Sequence record: MT884009.2
Source: Escherichia phage vb_EcoM_bov11CS3
Length of the DNA stretch: 64,000 nt
Reading direction: 5' to 3' (one strand)
Part shown: positions 62,564 to 64,000 of the stretch, piece after piece
How positions within the stretch are numbered: the first letter of the stretch is position 1
Layout: each line of letters begins with the position of its first letter
Position numbers and translations under genes: made by a program
The notes under the pieces: generated by a model
What the model was told of the DNA's origin: nothing
Seen by the model: only the letters and a program-made list of their open reading frames with translations
Databases searched by the model: none

Positions 62564-62806
62564 TCATTGTAAAGCACAAATAAATAAAACATACTTGATT
62601 TGTTTGTTATCGGGCTCAGGGTAGAAGTAGAAGATCTTGCTATCACCGATCTGAACACCACCATCCCAACAGCATAGCCCATAACCCGTATTCATACAAG
62701 CTAAGTCGTTGGCAAAATCTATTGCATCATCCAGTGCACGAAATTCACCTTCATCTTCTAAATAATCCTCATTCATGGAACGAAAAACGAGCTTAACCTT
62801 AAACAT
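62564..62806 (-). CDS. hypothetical protein, 80 aa
   Basis: ORF track. Confidence 0.4.
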   Translation of the reverse strand: MFKVKLVFRSMNEDYLEDEGEFRALDDAIDFANDLACMNTGYGLCCWDGGVQIGDSKIFYFYPEPDNKQIKYVLFICALQ

Positions 62807-62882
62807 AGCATTACCTGTAGACCTCGTAAGTTAAAATTGTATCACATCATATTGCAGATCTTATCAGGTAACATTATTTTTG

Positions 62883-63092
62883 TCAACAGATTCCGGCCTT
62901 ATCCCTCCTGTCTGCGTATTCTTTAATCGCAACCTCATCTGCATTGGTGACTAAATCTTCAAAGTAACTCTCAAGCTCCTCGTCAATGTCAGGAAACCAA
63001 CTCTTTTTCCTGTCAGTGTGAATCGCAGACTTGTTGAATTTATTACAGTTCTTTGCTACCGGGTTGTTCATTAAGCGCTCCTCAGCGTTCAT
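62883..63092 (-). CDS. hypothetical protein, 69 aa
   Basis: ORF track; overlaps upstream gene by 11 nt. Confidence 0.4.
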   Translation of the reverse strand: MNAEERLMNNPVAKNCNKFNKSAIHTDRKKSWFPDIDEELESYFEDLVTNADEVAIKEYADRRDKAGIC

Positions 63093-63660
63093 AGTAAATT
63101 TTATTTAACATTACCTCATCTTTTGCAGAAAGAATACCGAGATATGCATCACCGAATCTACCTGCAACAACCTCTGCATGATACATCACTTCGTTAATAT
63201 CGTCAAGAGTGATAACTGGATGACCGTATCTCTCTGAGTATTGTCTCAGAGTGCGATGTAGAGAGTCATCATCATAGGCAGACTTTTTAATATCACAAAC
63301 ACGACGAATAGCCTTGATGTCGAAAAAACCTGTGCGATACCACCCAAGAAAAAGGTTTCGTGCAGTGTCAACATCTACATTGATACCATCAAGAACCTTA
63401 TCTACAAGATAGCTGTCATCCTTTGGACCAGCGTCCTTAGTGCGAATGTAGTTGCCATCTTTTCCAGGCGACATCTCCTTCTCATCCCCAACCTGCATGC
63501 CATCATTTGGCGGTGTTAGCCACTTATCCGGATGCTTACGATCACGAGCGTTAGAATGATTACGCTGGAAACCGGGCTTCCACTTGAAAGTTTTCTCCAT
63601 CTGTTCTTCATTCTGATAACGTTTTGCAATCTTTTCACGGTCATCTTTGCGTGAACCCAT
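63082..63660 (-). CDS. hypothetical protein, 192 aa
   Basis: ORF track; charged N-terminal region. Confidence 0.45.
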   Translation of the reverse strand: MGSRKDDREKIAKRYQNEEQMEKTFKWKPGFQRNHSNARDRKHPDKWLTPPNDGMQVGDEKEMSPGKDGNYIRTKDAGPKDDSYLVDKVLDGINVDVDTARNLFLGWYRTGFFDIKAIRRVCDIKKSAYDDDSLHRTLRQYSERYGHPVITLDDINEVMYHAEVVAGRFGDAYLGILSAKDEVMLNKIYYER

Positions 63661-64000
63661 AGCTGCCTCCTCTTCAAGTTATAGAAAAACTCACTGTATC
63701 GCTTTGTAACGAGCTTTTCTATCAAACTGGTGCGATTGCATTACCTGGTATAGTTTATATAGCTGTGGAGCGATTTAGGGGCCTTCTTGTCAGTTTCCAC
63801 ACATAAACTTCATCCAAGCTCGCGCGGGAGACTCTCAACCGACTCCTTACGGCGCTGGCAAGCTTTCGTCGGTGGTCCACATCAGTGCTCGGCCTTTGGC
63901 CTGCGCTATCGCTTCGCTCCCACACATGTTAACAGACCTGCATGTATGCACTTCTGTTATTGTGTGCACCAGGGAGGCCCGGCATCTCGCCCCTCGTAGG

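Noticed and set aside
63787-63999. Plus-strand 70-aa ORF at the window end
   Set aside because: Low-complexity Arg/Ser/Pro-rich translation in a GC-rich segment, no RBS, truncated by the window edge.
62216-64000. Group I intron or homing element in the GC-rich segments
   Set aside because: No conserved intron core elements found by eye and no interrupted host gene; left as unassigned GC-rich islands.
1-64000. CRISPR array, integrase/attachment site, toxin-antitoxin pair
   Set aside because: No direct-repeat/spacer array, no tyrosine or serine recombinase motifs in any ORF, and no recognisable small toxin-antitoxin pair.

Overview
The window reads as a contiguous block of a tailed phage genome with a contractile tail (sheath and tube genes present) and no integrase, CRISPR array or host housekeeping genes. 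All calls are from reading the sequence and the supplied ORF track; no database search or RNA folding was run. Layout: (1) 5-6604, minus strand: rIIA-like GHKL ATPase, a signal-peptide SleB-type cell-wall hydrolase, a MoxR-type AAA+ ATPase and small ORFs of unknown function. (2) 6605-6746: divergent promoter region. (3) 6747-13739, plus strand: about 15 small genes including a vWA/HExxH protein (likely partner of the MoxR ATPase) and a HAD-type phosphatase, ending in a promoter-driven low-GC cassette and a bidirectional terminator near 13750. (4) 13786-60546, minus strand: one long morphogenesis module, in transcription order spanins, large terminase, portal, scaffold, major capsid, connector proteins, sheath, tube, tail chaperone with a -1 frameshift site, tape measure, baseplate, and several very large fibre/spike proteins with a lambda-Tfa-like assembly protein. 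(5) 60968-61780, minus strand: seven tRNA or tRNA-like genes, one of them aberrant (99 nt). (6) 61877-64000: a candidate small terminase, small ORFs and two GC-rich non-coding segments. No complete, recognisable novel system could be proven; the most interesting leads are the split MoxR/vWA pair, the aberrant tRNA-like gene, membrane proteins embedded in the fibre module, and the GC-rich non-coding islands. The ORF track uses GTG/TTG as start codons; several starts were moved to an internal ATG with a visible ribosome-binding site.
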